A stretch of 64,000 nt of DNA from assembly GCA_963790475.1 (NCBI GenBank), contig CAWBOS010000010.1, positions 1,440,001-1,504,000 of the forward strand, read 5' to 3'. Numbering within the stretch: position 1 is the first letter of the stretch; every line of letters starts with the position of its first letter. This DNA is from an uncultured delta proteobacterium. GTDB taxonomy: Bacteria; Desulfobacterota; RBG-13-43-22. Below, in pieces: positions 8,853 to 18,237 of the stretch. Under the pieces are notes generated by a model. That model ran no database searches and had not been told where the DNA came from. It worked only from the letters and a program-made list of their open reading frames with translations. The position numbers and the translations under genes were made by a program.

Positions 8853-10160
8853 TTATTCCTCTTCCTCCATCTCTTCCAGGACTACGCCGTCCCGTTCATA
8901 TTGGGCATCCCGCAAGGCCGTGGCTTTCTCGATCTCCTCTTCGCTCCAGGGCTCGATGATTAAGGATTCAGCCAGGAGCTCCCATAGATACATGGTCTCG
9001 ATCCCCAGTTGATATTCCTTGGTTAAGCTTTTTAATATCTGATCCCGGCAGTTATGGCACGGGGCAACCACCAGCTCCGCTCCGGTATCCCGGATCTGTT
9101 TGGCCTTGAGCCGGCCGTAGTAGATCCGTTCTTTTTCATAGGGCATGGCCCAGGCCCCGCCTCCGGCCCCGCAACAATAATTGTTCATTCCCGAGGGATA
9201 CATGTCGACAAAATTGTCCACCAATTGCTGGGTGATCCAGCGGATTTCATCGGAATAGCTCTTTCCCATGGCCATCTGGCTCTTTCGGGTGTAATTGCAG
9301 GGATCATGGGCCGTGGTCAGTTGCGGGTGTTTGGATTTATCAATGGTCACCCGCCCGCTCTGGATGTACTCGATCATCAGTTCAAAAACATTAACCACCT
9401 TGAATTCTTTAAAAGCTTCAGGAAACCAGTTTTGCAGACCAAGCCTGGTCGCATAATAAGCGTGGCCTCACTCCGGGAGGAGGAGGGTTTTACATTCCAG
9501 CCTCCTGGCATTCTCCAAAACCCGCCCTACTTGTTCTTTCCAGGCCGGATCGTCTCCGGAAAACAGGCCCCAATTAACCCCCTCCCAGTTGGTGGAAGAG
9601 ACCGTCCAGTCCTCCTTGGTGGCGTAAAAGATCTTCCACCAGAACTTCATGTCATCCGGTTCGCCGAAGGGCTCCTTGGAATTGATGGTGGTGATGATGT
9701 TGGCCCCTTTTTTATCCACCGGCACATAAAAGCCCGGGCATTCGTCATTAGCCAGTTCCTGACCGAGGTCGGCCAGGAGCGAGAGGAAATCATCCCGGGG
9801 GATTCCCAGGTTGTTTCCCCGCTGAAGGTTCATCATGGTCCCTTTATGGATCGGTCCGGGGACCTTGTCGCGGGCCCTCAAGGTCCGGGCCTTGCGGAAG
9901 GTCTTCAGCAGATTGACGCCCATCGGGCACTGGGCCTCACATCGTCCACACTGAGTGCAGATCCAGGGCCAGCGGGATTCAATCAGTTCATCATCCAAAC
10001 CCAGGGCGGCCATACGGATGGCCTTCCGAGGATCAAAGCCGTCCACACCGGTCACCGGGCAGCCGCCCGCACAAGTGCCGCAGGTGAAACAGACATCGGC
10101 CATCTTGGCATCTACGGCCAGTTTCCGGTTTTTTTTGTTAACAATCAAAGGTTCGGGCAT
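8853..10160 (-). CDS. Selenocysteine-containing HdrD/GlpC-like Fe-S oxidoreductase (2x[4Fe-4S] plus CCG domain), 435 aa, Sec231
   Basis: ORFs 9468..10160 and 8853..9398 are in frame and joined by LLPE-U(TGA 9468-9470)-GHAYYATRLGLQNWFPEAFKEFK, matching the conserved ECGH motif. CxxCxxCxxxCP twice; HDPCN, CCGAGGG and PCHNC motifs; SECIS-like hairpin. Confidence 0.88.
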
Positions 10161-10353
10161 AAAATCGCTCCTTTTAAATAAATATTTTTAAATTTTATCC
10201 TATTTTGCTCTCTTATGGCAAGACAAATTAAAGGAAATCCACCGTTCTAAATTGTGAGGTATACGGTTTTTGGTTCAGGGTTTCCTTAAACCTCAAACCT
10301 TGGACCTTAAACCTTGAACTTCCAGGCCCCTTGACCCCTCGAACCCTTTTAGC

Positions 10354-11196
10354 TTAATATTCCCTGGGCAGAGTATTGAGCTTGGCCAGAGTGAATACCG
10401 GACCGTCCTTGCAGACGAATTCCGGCCCTACGCTGCACCGGCCGCACATCCCGATGCCGCATTTCATCCGGTTTTCCAGGCTCATGATAATACGCTCAGG
10501 AGGAAATCCCAGTTTTTCCAAAGCCGGCTGAGTGAATTTGATCATGATTGGAGGACCGCAGACCAAGGCATAAGCATTATCGGCACTGGGCGCCTTCTTT
10601 TCGGTGATAGCCGGTACAAAACCGATATTATATTTCCAGTCGGGATCATCGGTGCCGTCCACAGTAATATGGACCTTGATATCGTCCCGGGCCTCCCAGG
10701 CAGCCAGCTCCTCCTTATATAGAAGCATACCGGGCGTACGGGCTCCGTAGATGACGGTAATATCCTTGAATCGGGGACGATTGGCCGGGTCCAGGAGGTA
10801 AACGATCGTTGACCGTAAAGTGGTAAAAGCGAATCCTCCGGCCACGATGACCATATTTTTTCCTTCCATCTGATCCAGGGGATACCAATTTCCCATGGGC
10901 CCCCGGACTCCCATAATATCGCCCTCTTTCATGTTGTGCAAAAAGGTCGTCACTAATCCCGTCTTGTTGACCGTAAATAGGAGAAAACCTTTTTCGGTCG
11001 GAGAGGAGGCAATCCCGATGGGAATTTCCCCTTTCCCGGCGATGGAAAGCTCGGCAAACTGGCCGGAATGGTAGGCGAATTTTTTCTCATCTTCCGGATT
11101 AAGGAATACCAGCTTGAAGGTTTTTATATTACGATCTTCGGTTTCAGTAATAATCTGGTCAATGCGGACCGGATAGGGCAGATACGGATTTTCCAC
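10354..11196 (-). CDS. flxA: FlxA-like FAD/NAD-binding subunit (AsrB/hydrogenase gamma family)
   Basis: RGPMGN, VCGPPIM and MKCGIGMCGRC...CKDGPVF motifs; gene order hdrA-flxDCBA. Confidence 0.8.
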   Translation of the reverse strand: MENPYLPYPVRIDQIITETEDRNIKTFKLVFLNPEDEKKFAYHSGQFAELSIAGKGEIPIGIASSPTEKGFLLFTVNKTGLVTTFLHNMKEGDIMGVRGPMGNWYPLDQMEGKNMVIVAGGFAFTTLRSTIVYLLDPANRPRFKDITVIYGARTPGMLLYKEELAAWEARDDIKVHITVDGTDDPDWKYNIGFVPAITEKKAPSADNAYALVCGPPIMIKFTQPALEKLGFPPERIIMSLENRMKCGIGMCGRCSVGPEFVCKDGPVFTLAKLNTLPREY

Positions 11197-11242
11197 AAAA
11201 ACACCCCCTCTATTAGGCGCTTATTGGTTATATATCGACAAA

Positions 11243-11391
11243 GATTGGTCGATCCCTTTTGGCAAAGGGAACCCCCATTAACCGTCTCCCCGGCGAAAGC
11301 CGGGGTCCAGGAAAAGATTAAATTCCTGGATTCCGGGTCAAGCCCGGAATGACGAAAATGGGCTTTTGCGAATTTTTCAAAGTCAACTATC
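11243..11391. repeat. REP-like double hairpin within a MITE-like unit
   Basis: GTCTCCCCGGCGAAAGCCGGGGTCCAG...CTGGATTCCGGGTCAAGCCCGGAATGAC (11284-11353), same family as 8611 and 36510; weak outer IR. Confidence 0.7.
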
Positions 11392-11440
11392 TTAAGTCTT
11401 AAGTCACAAAGGACCGTTTTATCGTTTCAAATTGCTTTGG

Positions 11441-12481
11441 TCAGGCCTTATAATCATTCATCAGTTGACAGACGCGACGGATGTCGATGTTCACCGGACA
11501 GAATTGCACACATCGTCCGCAACCCACGCAGGCCACGCCGTTGCCATATTTATCGACGTAGTATTTCAGTTTATGCATAAATCGCTGCCGGACCCGCTGA
11601 AGCTTTTCCCCTCTCGGATTATGTCCGGAACCGTGCTGGGTAAACAAGGGAAACATGCAGGAGTCCCAGTTGCGCATTCTGATCCCTTCGGTTCCTTTAA
11701 CCTCATCCTGGATATCAAAACACCAGCAGGTCGGGCATAAATAGGTGCAGGTGCCGCAATTGATGCAGGAGAACTGAACCTCATCCCAGAACGGGGCATT
11801 GAACAAATCCAGCAGCGGTTGATCCCTCAAACGGTCGGTCGGGACCTTGGAGGATATCATTCCCTCGGCCTGGGTCTTGATCTGGGCCGCCTGTTTCTGC
11901 TCCTTTTCGGAGACCGGTTTTCCCGGAGAAGTCTTTAACAACCCCTCCCCCTTCTCGGTCAAGCCCTGGATCAAATAGCTCTCCCCCAGATCGGTCATCA
12001 GGAGATCCAGTCCGGCGGTATCAAAGGGACCTCCTCCCACCGAGGTGCAAAAGCAGGTCGAACAGGGATGGTCACACCCCAGACCCATGAGGACCAGACG
12101 CTCCCGGCCCTGCTTCCAAAAAGGGTCCTCATAATCAGGAGTGACAAAATTAATGCCAACCAGATCATAAGCCCGGGCGTCACAGGGGCGTATACCGGCC
12201 AACAACCGCCTATTTTCTTTTTTCGGTTCTTCTTTCAGGATATGGGCTTCAGGATTCTCAGGGTCCAGACTGAACTGGAACATCCGTTCCGATTGGGGCT
12301 GAACCAGTCCCTTGGGAGAAAGCCGGGTATTCTGAAAAGAAAAATCCGGATCGGTTCCCTCGGTCAAGGCGGCGAAGTTACATTGATCCCCCTGGGCCAC
12401 AGGTCCGTACACTTCAAAGGATTTCTTAAGTTCCTTCAGCCAGTCATTGAATTTGTTTTTGGAGAATACTTTTTCGATCAT
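11441..12481 (-). CDS. flxB: FlxB-like 4Fe-4S subunit (AsrA family)
   Basis: IRPCD, CINCGTCTYLCPTCWCF, RNWDSC and CVGCGRCVQFCP motifs. Confidence 0.8.
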   Translation of the reverse strand: MIEKVFSKNKFNDWLKELKKSFEVYGPVAQGDQCNFAALTEGTDPDFSFQNTRLSPKGLVQPQSERMFQFSLDPENPEAHILKEEPKKENRRLLAGIRPCDARAYDLVGINFVTPDYEDPFWKQGRERLVLMGLGCDHPCSTCFCTSVGGGPFDTAGLDLLMTDLGESYLIQGLTEKGEGLLKTSPGKPVSEKEQKQAAQIKTQAEGMISSKVPTDRLRDQPLLDLFNAPFWDEVQFSCINCGTCTYLCPTCWCFDIQDEVKGTEGIRMRNWDSCMFPLFTQHGSGHNPRGEKLQRVRQRFMHKLKYYVDKYGNGVACVGCGRCVQFCPVNIDIRRVCQLMNDYKA

Positions 12482-12566
12482 TCGTCTGATCCCTTATACT
12501 GTATTTCTGGATAAATTTTTATTTGGGTTGGCCTAAGGCCTCGAGCCTATTGCCTCTGGCCCGTTT

Positions 12567-13517
12567 TTATTTTATAAATGCGTCCGGGTCATCAGGCAGA
12601 AAGACATCCAAGGGAGGTCTTCCTTCTTGGACTATCCCGGCTTCAAAGTGGTAAAGGTCCAGGATATCCTTTTCCAATTTTTTGGTGAATTGCCGGACCT
12701 TGATGCCCACCGGACAAGCCCGTTCACAGGCCCCGCAGTCGGTACAGCGGCCGGCGCAATGGAAGGCCCTCAGGAAATGAAAGGTCCGTACATCCGTGGG
12801 ATCCAGACTCTTGCCCATCCATTGAGGCCGGGACTCATCGACAAAACAGGTTGGACAATAACATAGGGGACAAGCATTTCTACAGGCATAACACCGAATG
12901 CAGGGACGGACTAGCTCTTCAAAATACTTCCAGCGGGCCTCCGGGTCCATGGCCTCCACCGCCCGGACGTCTTCATAACGGTCCACACCCGTCAGCTCAG
13001 TGACCAATTCGTCTACTAATTCATCGTAGATGACCGGATTGCGGTGGATACAGATGGCACAATTATCCTGAAGGAGATCGCCCTTTTTGAAGGTTTCTTG
13101 GAAATTTTTTCCGCTGACAATAATTTCATCCCCCTTTTCTTCGACCAGGGTGGGTTCTTTCCCCCCCAGCTTGGTCCAGACCTTGCGCCGGTCTACCATG
13201 CCCTGACAGGGAATACCGATGATATAGAGCTGTTCCCGCTTGATCTGTCCTTCCTGCAAATGAACGACGATATTACGGGAATCACAGCCTTTGGCCACGA
13301 TGGCCAAGCGTTCCTTCCGTTTCGGTAAATAGTTGGCCAGATTAATCCCGCAGAAAGAATCCCAATATAATTGATCAACCTGGTCCGGATCTTTGACCAC
13401 AATGGGTTCATTCATCATGGGGACGGTGCCTTTTCGATAACCTATAAAGGCATCGACCTTTTTTTCCATTAATAACTTCTTAGCTAAGTCTTGTATTTTC
13501 TTTGTGTATTCCACCAT
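12567..13517 (-). CDS. flxC: FlxC-like 4Fe-4S subunit (FdhB/FrhB-related)
   Basis: KGCD, CIRCYACRNACPLCYC and AGRCTDCGACERACP motifs. Confidence 0.78.
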   Translation of the reverse strand: MVEYTKKIQDLAKKLLMEKKVDAFIGYRKGTVPMMNEPIVVKDPDQVDQLYWDSFCGINLANYLPKRKERLAIVAKGCDSRNIVVHLQEGQIKREQLYIIGIPCQGMVDRRKVWTKLGGKEPTLVEEKGDEIIVSGKNFQETFKKGDLLQDNCAICIHRNPVIYDELVDELVTELTGVDRYEDVRAVEAMDPEARWKYFEELVRPCIRCYACRNACPLCYCPTCFVDESRPQWMGKSLDPTDVRTFHFLRAFHCAGRCTDCGACERACPVGIKVRQFTKKLEKDILDLYHFEAGIVQEGRPPLDVFLPDDPDAFIK

Positions 13518-13952
13518 CTAAGCCACCTCAGGCAAATGCTTTATAAAATGTTGGGCCGGTCCCAGGGCCTTGACCGCCGCGGTTACTTCGGTAACTACTT
13601 GCTGAAATTTGGTGGCTTCGGCCGAGGAAACCCAGGAGAAATGCAGGCGTCCCGGTTCGATCCCCATGTGTTCAAGAAGTCCTTTCAGCACGGCGAATTT
13701 CCGGCGGGCATAATAATTACCGGCGATATAATGGCAATCCCCGGGATGGCAGCCCGAAATCCAAACCCCGTCGGCCCCGCGGCGAAAGGAGGCCAGAATA
13801 AATTTGGGGTCCAGCCTTCCGGAACAGGGGATACGCACCACACGGATGTTAGGAGGATACTGCAATCGACTGACCCCAGCCAGATCGGCCCCCCCATAAC
13901 TGCACCAGTTACATAAAAAAGCTATGATTTTTGGTTCAAAGGGTTCGCTCAT
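13518..13952 (-). CDS. mvhD: MvhD/FlxD [2Fe-2S] subunit (Cys form)
   Basis: FLCNWCSYGGAD, PCSGR and GCHPGDCHY motifs. Confidence 0.92.
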   Translation of the reverse strand: MSEPFEPKIIAFLCNWCSYGGADLAGVSRLQYPPNIRVVRIPCSGRLDPKFILASFRRGADGVWISGCHPGDCHYIAGNYYARRKFAVLKGLLEHMGIEPGRLHFSWVSSAEATKFQQVVTEVTAAVKALGPAQHFIKHLPEVA

Positions 13953-14058
13953 AATTTTTCCTTAGAAAGGTAAAATAAATTCAAGTATACGGTATAAGGT
14001 GTAAGGTAGGAGTATTCTTCATGTTTTAACCTTAAACCTTGTACCTTGCACCGGATTT

Positions 14059-17000
14059 TTAGGCCGCTTCGATCATGGCAAAAAGTTGCCCCTGATCAAA
14101 TCCCTTCAGATTGATGGCCCCGGATCGGCAAGAGGCCACACACAAACCGCATCCTTTGCACAGGGCGGGGTTAATTTCGGCTTTGGTGGTTCTTTCATTC
14201 CAGCCCGGTGCCGAATAGGGACAAATAGCGACGCAAATCCCGCATTGACTGCAAGCACTGGGATTGGTCTGGGCCACGGCGCCGCTCACCTGAATCTTCA
14301 GCCCGGCCAACAGGGTGATGGCCCGGGCCGCGGCTGCCTGAGCCTGAGCAATGGATTCGTCGATGGGTTTGGGATAATGGGCCAACCCGCATAAAAACAC
14401 CCCGTCGGTAGCGAAATCGACCGGTCTCAGTTTAGCATGGGCCTCGACGAAGAACCCGTCTTCATTTAAAGGCACTTTAAAGGCCTGGGCCAGTTCATGG
14501 TCTTTAGTCGATATGATAGCCCCGGCCAGGGTCAGCAAATCGGCCTGGATACGGATATCCTGATCCAGGATATGATCCTTGATTGTGACGAACAGCCCAT
14601 TTTCTTTGACCTCCACCACCGGCTTTTCATCAAGTGTATAGCGGATAAAAAGAATACCGGCCTGACGGGCTTCCTTATAGAGGTCCTCCCGCTCCCCGAA
14701 GGTCCTGAGGTCCCGATAGAGAATATAAATATCCCGATCGGGATTTTCTTCCTTTAACTTAAGGGCTGAATGGACCGAATGAGTGCAGCAGACTTTACTG
14801 CAATAGGGCCTTTGCGGTTCACGGGAGCCGACACACTGGATGAAAACAATGGCCTTGGCCTTCTCTACCAGGGGGTCCTTTCCGGCCATTTTCTGATCGA
14901 GGTCCAGGTGAGTCAACACCCTGGGGTCTTTGGCATACAGATATTCCTCTGGTTTTAATTCCTCGGCCCCGGTGGCGATGATCACCACGCCGTGTTCCAG
15001 GTCGGTTGTGACCGAGGGATCGTCCATTCCCGCTAAACGGGTCTTGAATTTACCCACAAAACCATCGACCTGGGTGACCTGGTGTCCGAGATAGGCTTTT
15101 ATTCGGGGGTGTTCATCCACCGAACGGACCAGATCTTTCAAATAACCCTGGATATCTTCACCTCGCCAGGTGGTATTTAATTTTAAGGCCTGCCCCCCTA
15201 ACCTGGAAGATTTTTCCACCAGGTAGACCTGATATCCTTGTTCGGCCAATTCCAGGGCGGCGGTCATACCGGCCACACCCCCTCCAACCACCAGCCCGGA
15301 TTGGGTCACCTCCACCTCGGTCTCCTGCAACGGTTCCAGCAGGGCCGCTTTGGAGACGGCCATCCGTACCAGGTCTTTGGCCTTGACCGTGGCGGCATCC
15401 GGGTCATTGGCATGGACCCAGGAATCTTGGTTGCGGATATTGGCCATTTCAAAAAGGTATTTATTGAGGCCGCTCTCGACCAAGGTCTCTTGAAACAGGG
15501 GTTCGTGAGTCCGGGGTGTACAAGCCGCCACCACCATCCGGTTCAAGCGGTGTTCCCGGACCACTTCCTTCATCTTGTCCTGGGTATCCTGGGAACAGGT
15601 AAACAGGTTTTCTTCCACATATTCAACATAAGGCAGCATCTTGGCGTAGGCCGCCACTTCCGGGACTCGAACCACGCTGGCGATATTAATGCCGCAATCA
15701 CAAATAAAGACCCCGATCCGGGGACGTTCGCCGGCCACGATACGGGGTTTGGGGACGATCTTTTCCAGGGTGAGGGTGTTTCTGACCGAGGAGAGGTTGC
15801 GGGCTGCCGCACAGGCCGCCGCACTGGCTTCGACCACCGATTGGGGAATATCCTTGGGCCCGGAGACAACACCGCAGCCGTAAATGCCGGGAACGGAGGT
15901 GGCCACTGGGGTAAAACTGCTGCTTTGCAGAAAATTATAATGATCCAGGGCCAGGTTTAACTTTTGACTTTGGGCTATGGTCTCCTGAGAAATCTCCAAC
16001 CCCACGGAAAGGACGACCATATCGAATTCTTCGTTGACGACCTCTCCTTTCTCGGTAATATAGGTGATCCTCAGGTCATCGGATCCCGAAACCGGATCGA
16101 CAGAATGGATGCGGGAGCGGATGAACCGAATGCCCTGATCTTTGGCCTTATTGTAATAGCGTTCGAAATCCTTCCCATGAGAACGGATATCCATAAAAAA
16201 GACCGTCCCATCGAATTCCTCTTTACTGTGTTCTTTGGCAATAATGGATTCCTTGATGGCATACATGCAACAAACCGCCGAACAATAACCATGATCGCAG
16301 TGATTCACATCCCGGGACCCCACACATTGGAGCCAGGCAATTTTTTTTGGTTCTTTATTGTCGGAAGGGCGGACCAGGTGGCCCATGAAAGGACCCGAAG
16401 CCGAGAGCAGCCTCTCAAACTCCATGGCCGTGACGACATTTGGTAATTTGGAATAGGAATAGGCGTCATATTGTGTAGGATCGTAACATTTAAATCCGGC
16501 GGCAAATATGACCGACCCGACCTGCAAGGTCAGGTCTTTGGGTTTTTCCTCAAAATTGACGGCCTTGCTGGGACAAAATTTTTCGCAGGCCCGGCATTTT
16601 CCCTTTTGAAAGAAAATACAATTTTCTTCATCAATGACGTATTTTAAAGGAACGGCCTGGGCATATTTGACATAGGCGGCCTTGCGGATTCCCATGCCCT
16701 CATTATAGGCATCATTGACCTTCTTAGGGCATTTCTCGGCGCATAAACCACAGGCAATACACTTATCCATATCGATGTATCGTGGTTTTTGATGCACCTG
16801 GATTTCGAAATTTCCCTCCTCACCGCTGATGGAGGTAACTTCACTCATGGTCAGTAATTCGATGTTGATGTGTCGGCCGACCTCGACCAATTTGGGCGAG
16901 ATAATTCACATGGCGCAATCATTGGTCGGGAAGGTCTTATCCAACTGGGACATCCCACCTCCGATGGAAGGGGATTTCTCAATGAGATAGACATAATAGC

Positions 17001-17106
17001 CTGAGTTGGCCAGGTCGAGGGCCGCCTGCATCCCGGCAATCCCTCCTCCAACCACCATCACCGCACCGATTTTTTGACCCTTGGATCTTTTTCTCTCTGA
17101 AGCCAT
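14059..17106 (-). CDS. hdrA: Large selenocysteine-containing heterodisulfide reductase subunit A (two FAD modules), 1015 aa, Sec67
   Basis: ORFs 16906..17106 and 14059..16890 are in frame: [13 protein letters not shown](TGA 16906-16908)[12 protein letters not shown], matching the HdrA DCxxC motif. Two GGGxAG FAD motifs, two QCVGSR motifs, SECIS-like hairpin. Confidence 0.93.
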
Positions 17107-17233
17107 AGGAACTCCTGTATAACTGATTTTTAAGAATTAAAACTTCCAAACTCTAAATTAAATACTACGAATTTTGAAAGACCTCATGAATTAATTGAAG
17201 GAGGATTTACCTGTTTTCTTGATTCCCTGCAAA

Positions 17234-17800
17234 TCAATTTTTTACTTCGGTCTCCTTTTCAATAACCACCTGATCATTTTTTCCCATCTCCTTAAAATAG
17301 ACGTTGATCCGTTCTCCGGGTTTGGTTTCCAGGCGGATCCCGGAATAGTCAGCGCTTATGGGTAATTCCCGTCCCCCGCGGTCAACCAGAACTGCCAGAG
17401 AAATCCGACGGGGTCTTCCGAAATCGATCAAGGCATCCATGGCTGCCCGTACAGTGCGTCCCGTGTAAAGGACGTCATCCACCAGGATAATCGTCCTATC
17501 ATCCAGACAAACCGGAACCTCCGTCTTTCCGACAATGGGCTTGTGATTGATCCGGGTCCAATCGTCCCGGTAGAGGGTTATATCCAGGGCCCCCGTGGGA
17601 ACGGTCAGCCCTTTCTTGGCCTTAAGAAGCTCTTGGATTCTATGAGCCAGAAAAGCCCCTCCGGTGCGGATTCCGATCAGTACTAATCGCTCCGTTTCCG
17701 GATAGTCGGTTACCATTTGGGTCACCATTTGGTCCAAGGCCTCATGGATCCCTTCGGCGGTCAGGGCGGTCTTTTTCTTGATCCCTTTCATTATCTTCAC
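17234..17800 (-). CDS. pyrR: Bifunctional pyrimidine regulator / uracil phosphoribosyltransferase
   Basis: LDITLYRDD, LVDDVLYTGRTVRAA and VDRGGRELPI motifs. Confidence 0.93.
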   Translation of the reverse strand: MKIMKGIKKKTALTAEGIHEALDQMVTQMVTDYPETERLVLIGIRTGGAFLAHRIQELLKAKKGLTVPTGALDITLYRDDWTRINHKPIVGKTEVPVCLDDRTIILVDDVLYTGRTVRAAMDALIDFGRPRRISLAVLVDRGGRELPISADYSGIRLETKPGERINVYFKEMGKNDQVVIEKETEVKN

Positions 17801-17886
17801 CCAATTAATAAAAAGTAATTTTTATCACAAGCCTTTAAATAAGGTCAAGCAAAATATAGACGTTTTTTTTCATTTTGTTAAATCCC

Positions 17887-17915
17887 TTGACGATCCTCAA
17901 ATAAAAATTTAAAAT
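17887..17915 (+). promoter_or_regulatory. Sigma70-type promoter upstream of the lon leader
   Basis: TTGACG-N17-TAAAAT. Confidence 0.5.
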
Positions 17916-18038
17916 AAACTAATCAGTTCGAGGTTCAAGGTTTCGTCAGATAGATAGAACTTGGCCGTTGTTCACTTGAACCTATGGTTCCTTTACTCCT
18001 TGAATCCTCTAAATTCCAGCATAATCTTTTCAGACTTT

Positions 18039-18208
18039 TAGATATGATGTTCCTGTTAAGGTCATCCAGAGCCGTCACCTCAAGCTAAAAGCAAGGCCTG
18101 TGTCCCTCCTGGATTTCATATCAGGAAGGGGACGCGGGATCGGAATGATTGACAGGAGCTGATGCCGAAATTTTTAGAATCCCTCAGGTGCTCTCATAAC
18201 CAAATCTA
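18039..18208. ncRNA. Candidate structured RNA (long imperfect rod with internal loops), family unassigned
   Basis: Nested complementarity: TAGAT/ATCTA, ATGA/TCAT, CCTG/CAGG, CATC/GATG, GTCA/TGAC, inner stem CCTGTGTCCCTCCTG/CAGGAAGGGGACGCGGG; no ORF. Confidence 0.35.
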
Positions 18209-18237
18209 TAATATATATTGTAAGTTAGAAACAAACT

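Noticed and set aside
9054-10181. 375-aa + strand ORF, and similar long antisense ORFs (15238..15960, 42836..43606, 45854..46453, 51260..52237)
   Set aside because: Antisense shadows of well-supported genes; no recognisable motifs
13518-13952. Possible Sec in MvhD
   Set aside because: The codons are TGT and TGC (CNWC); there is no in-frame TGA
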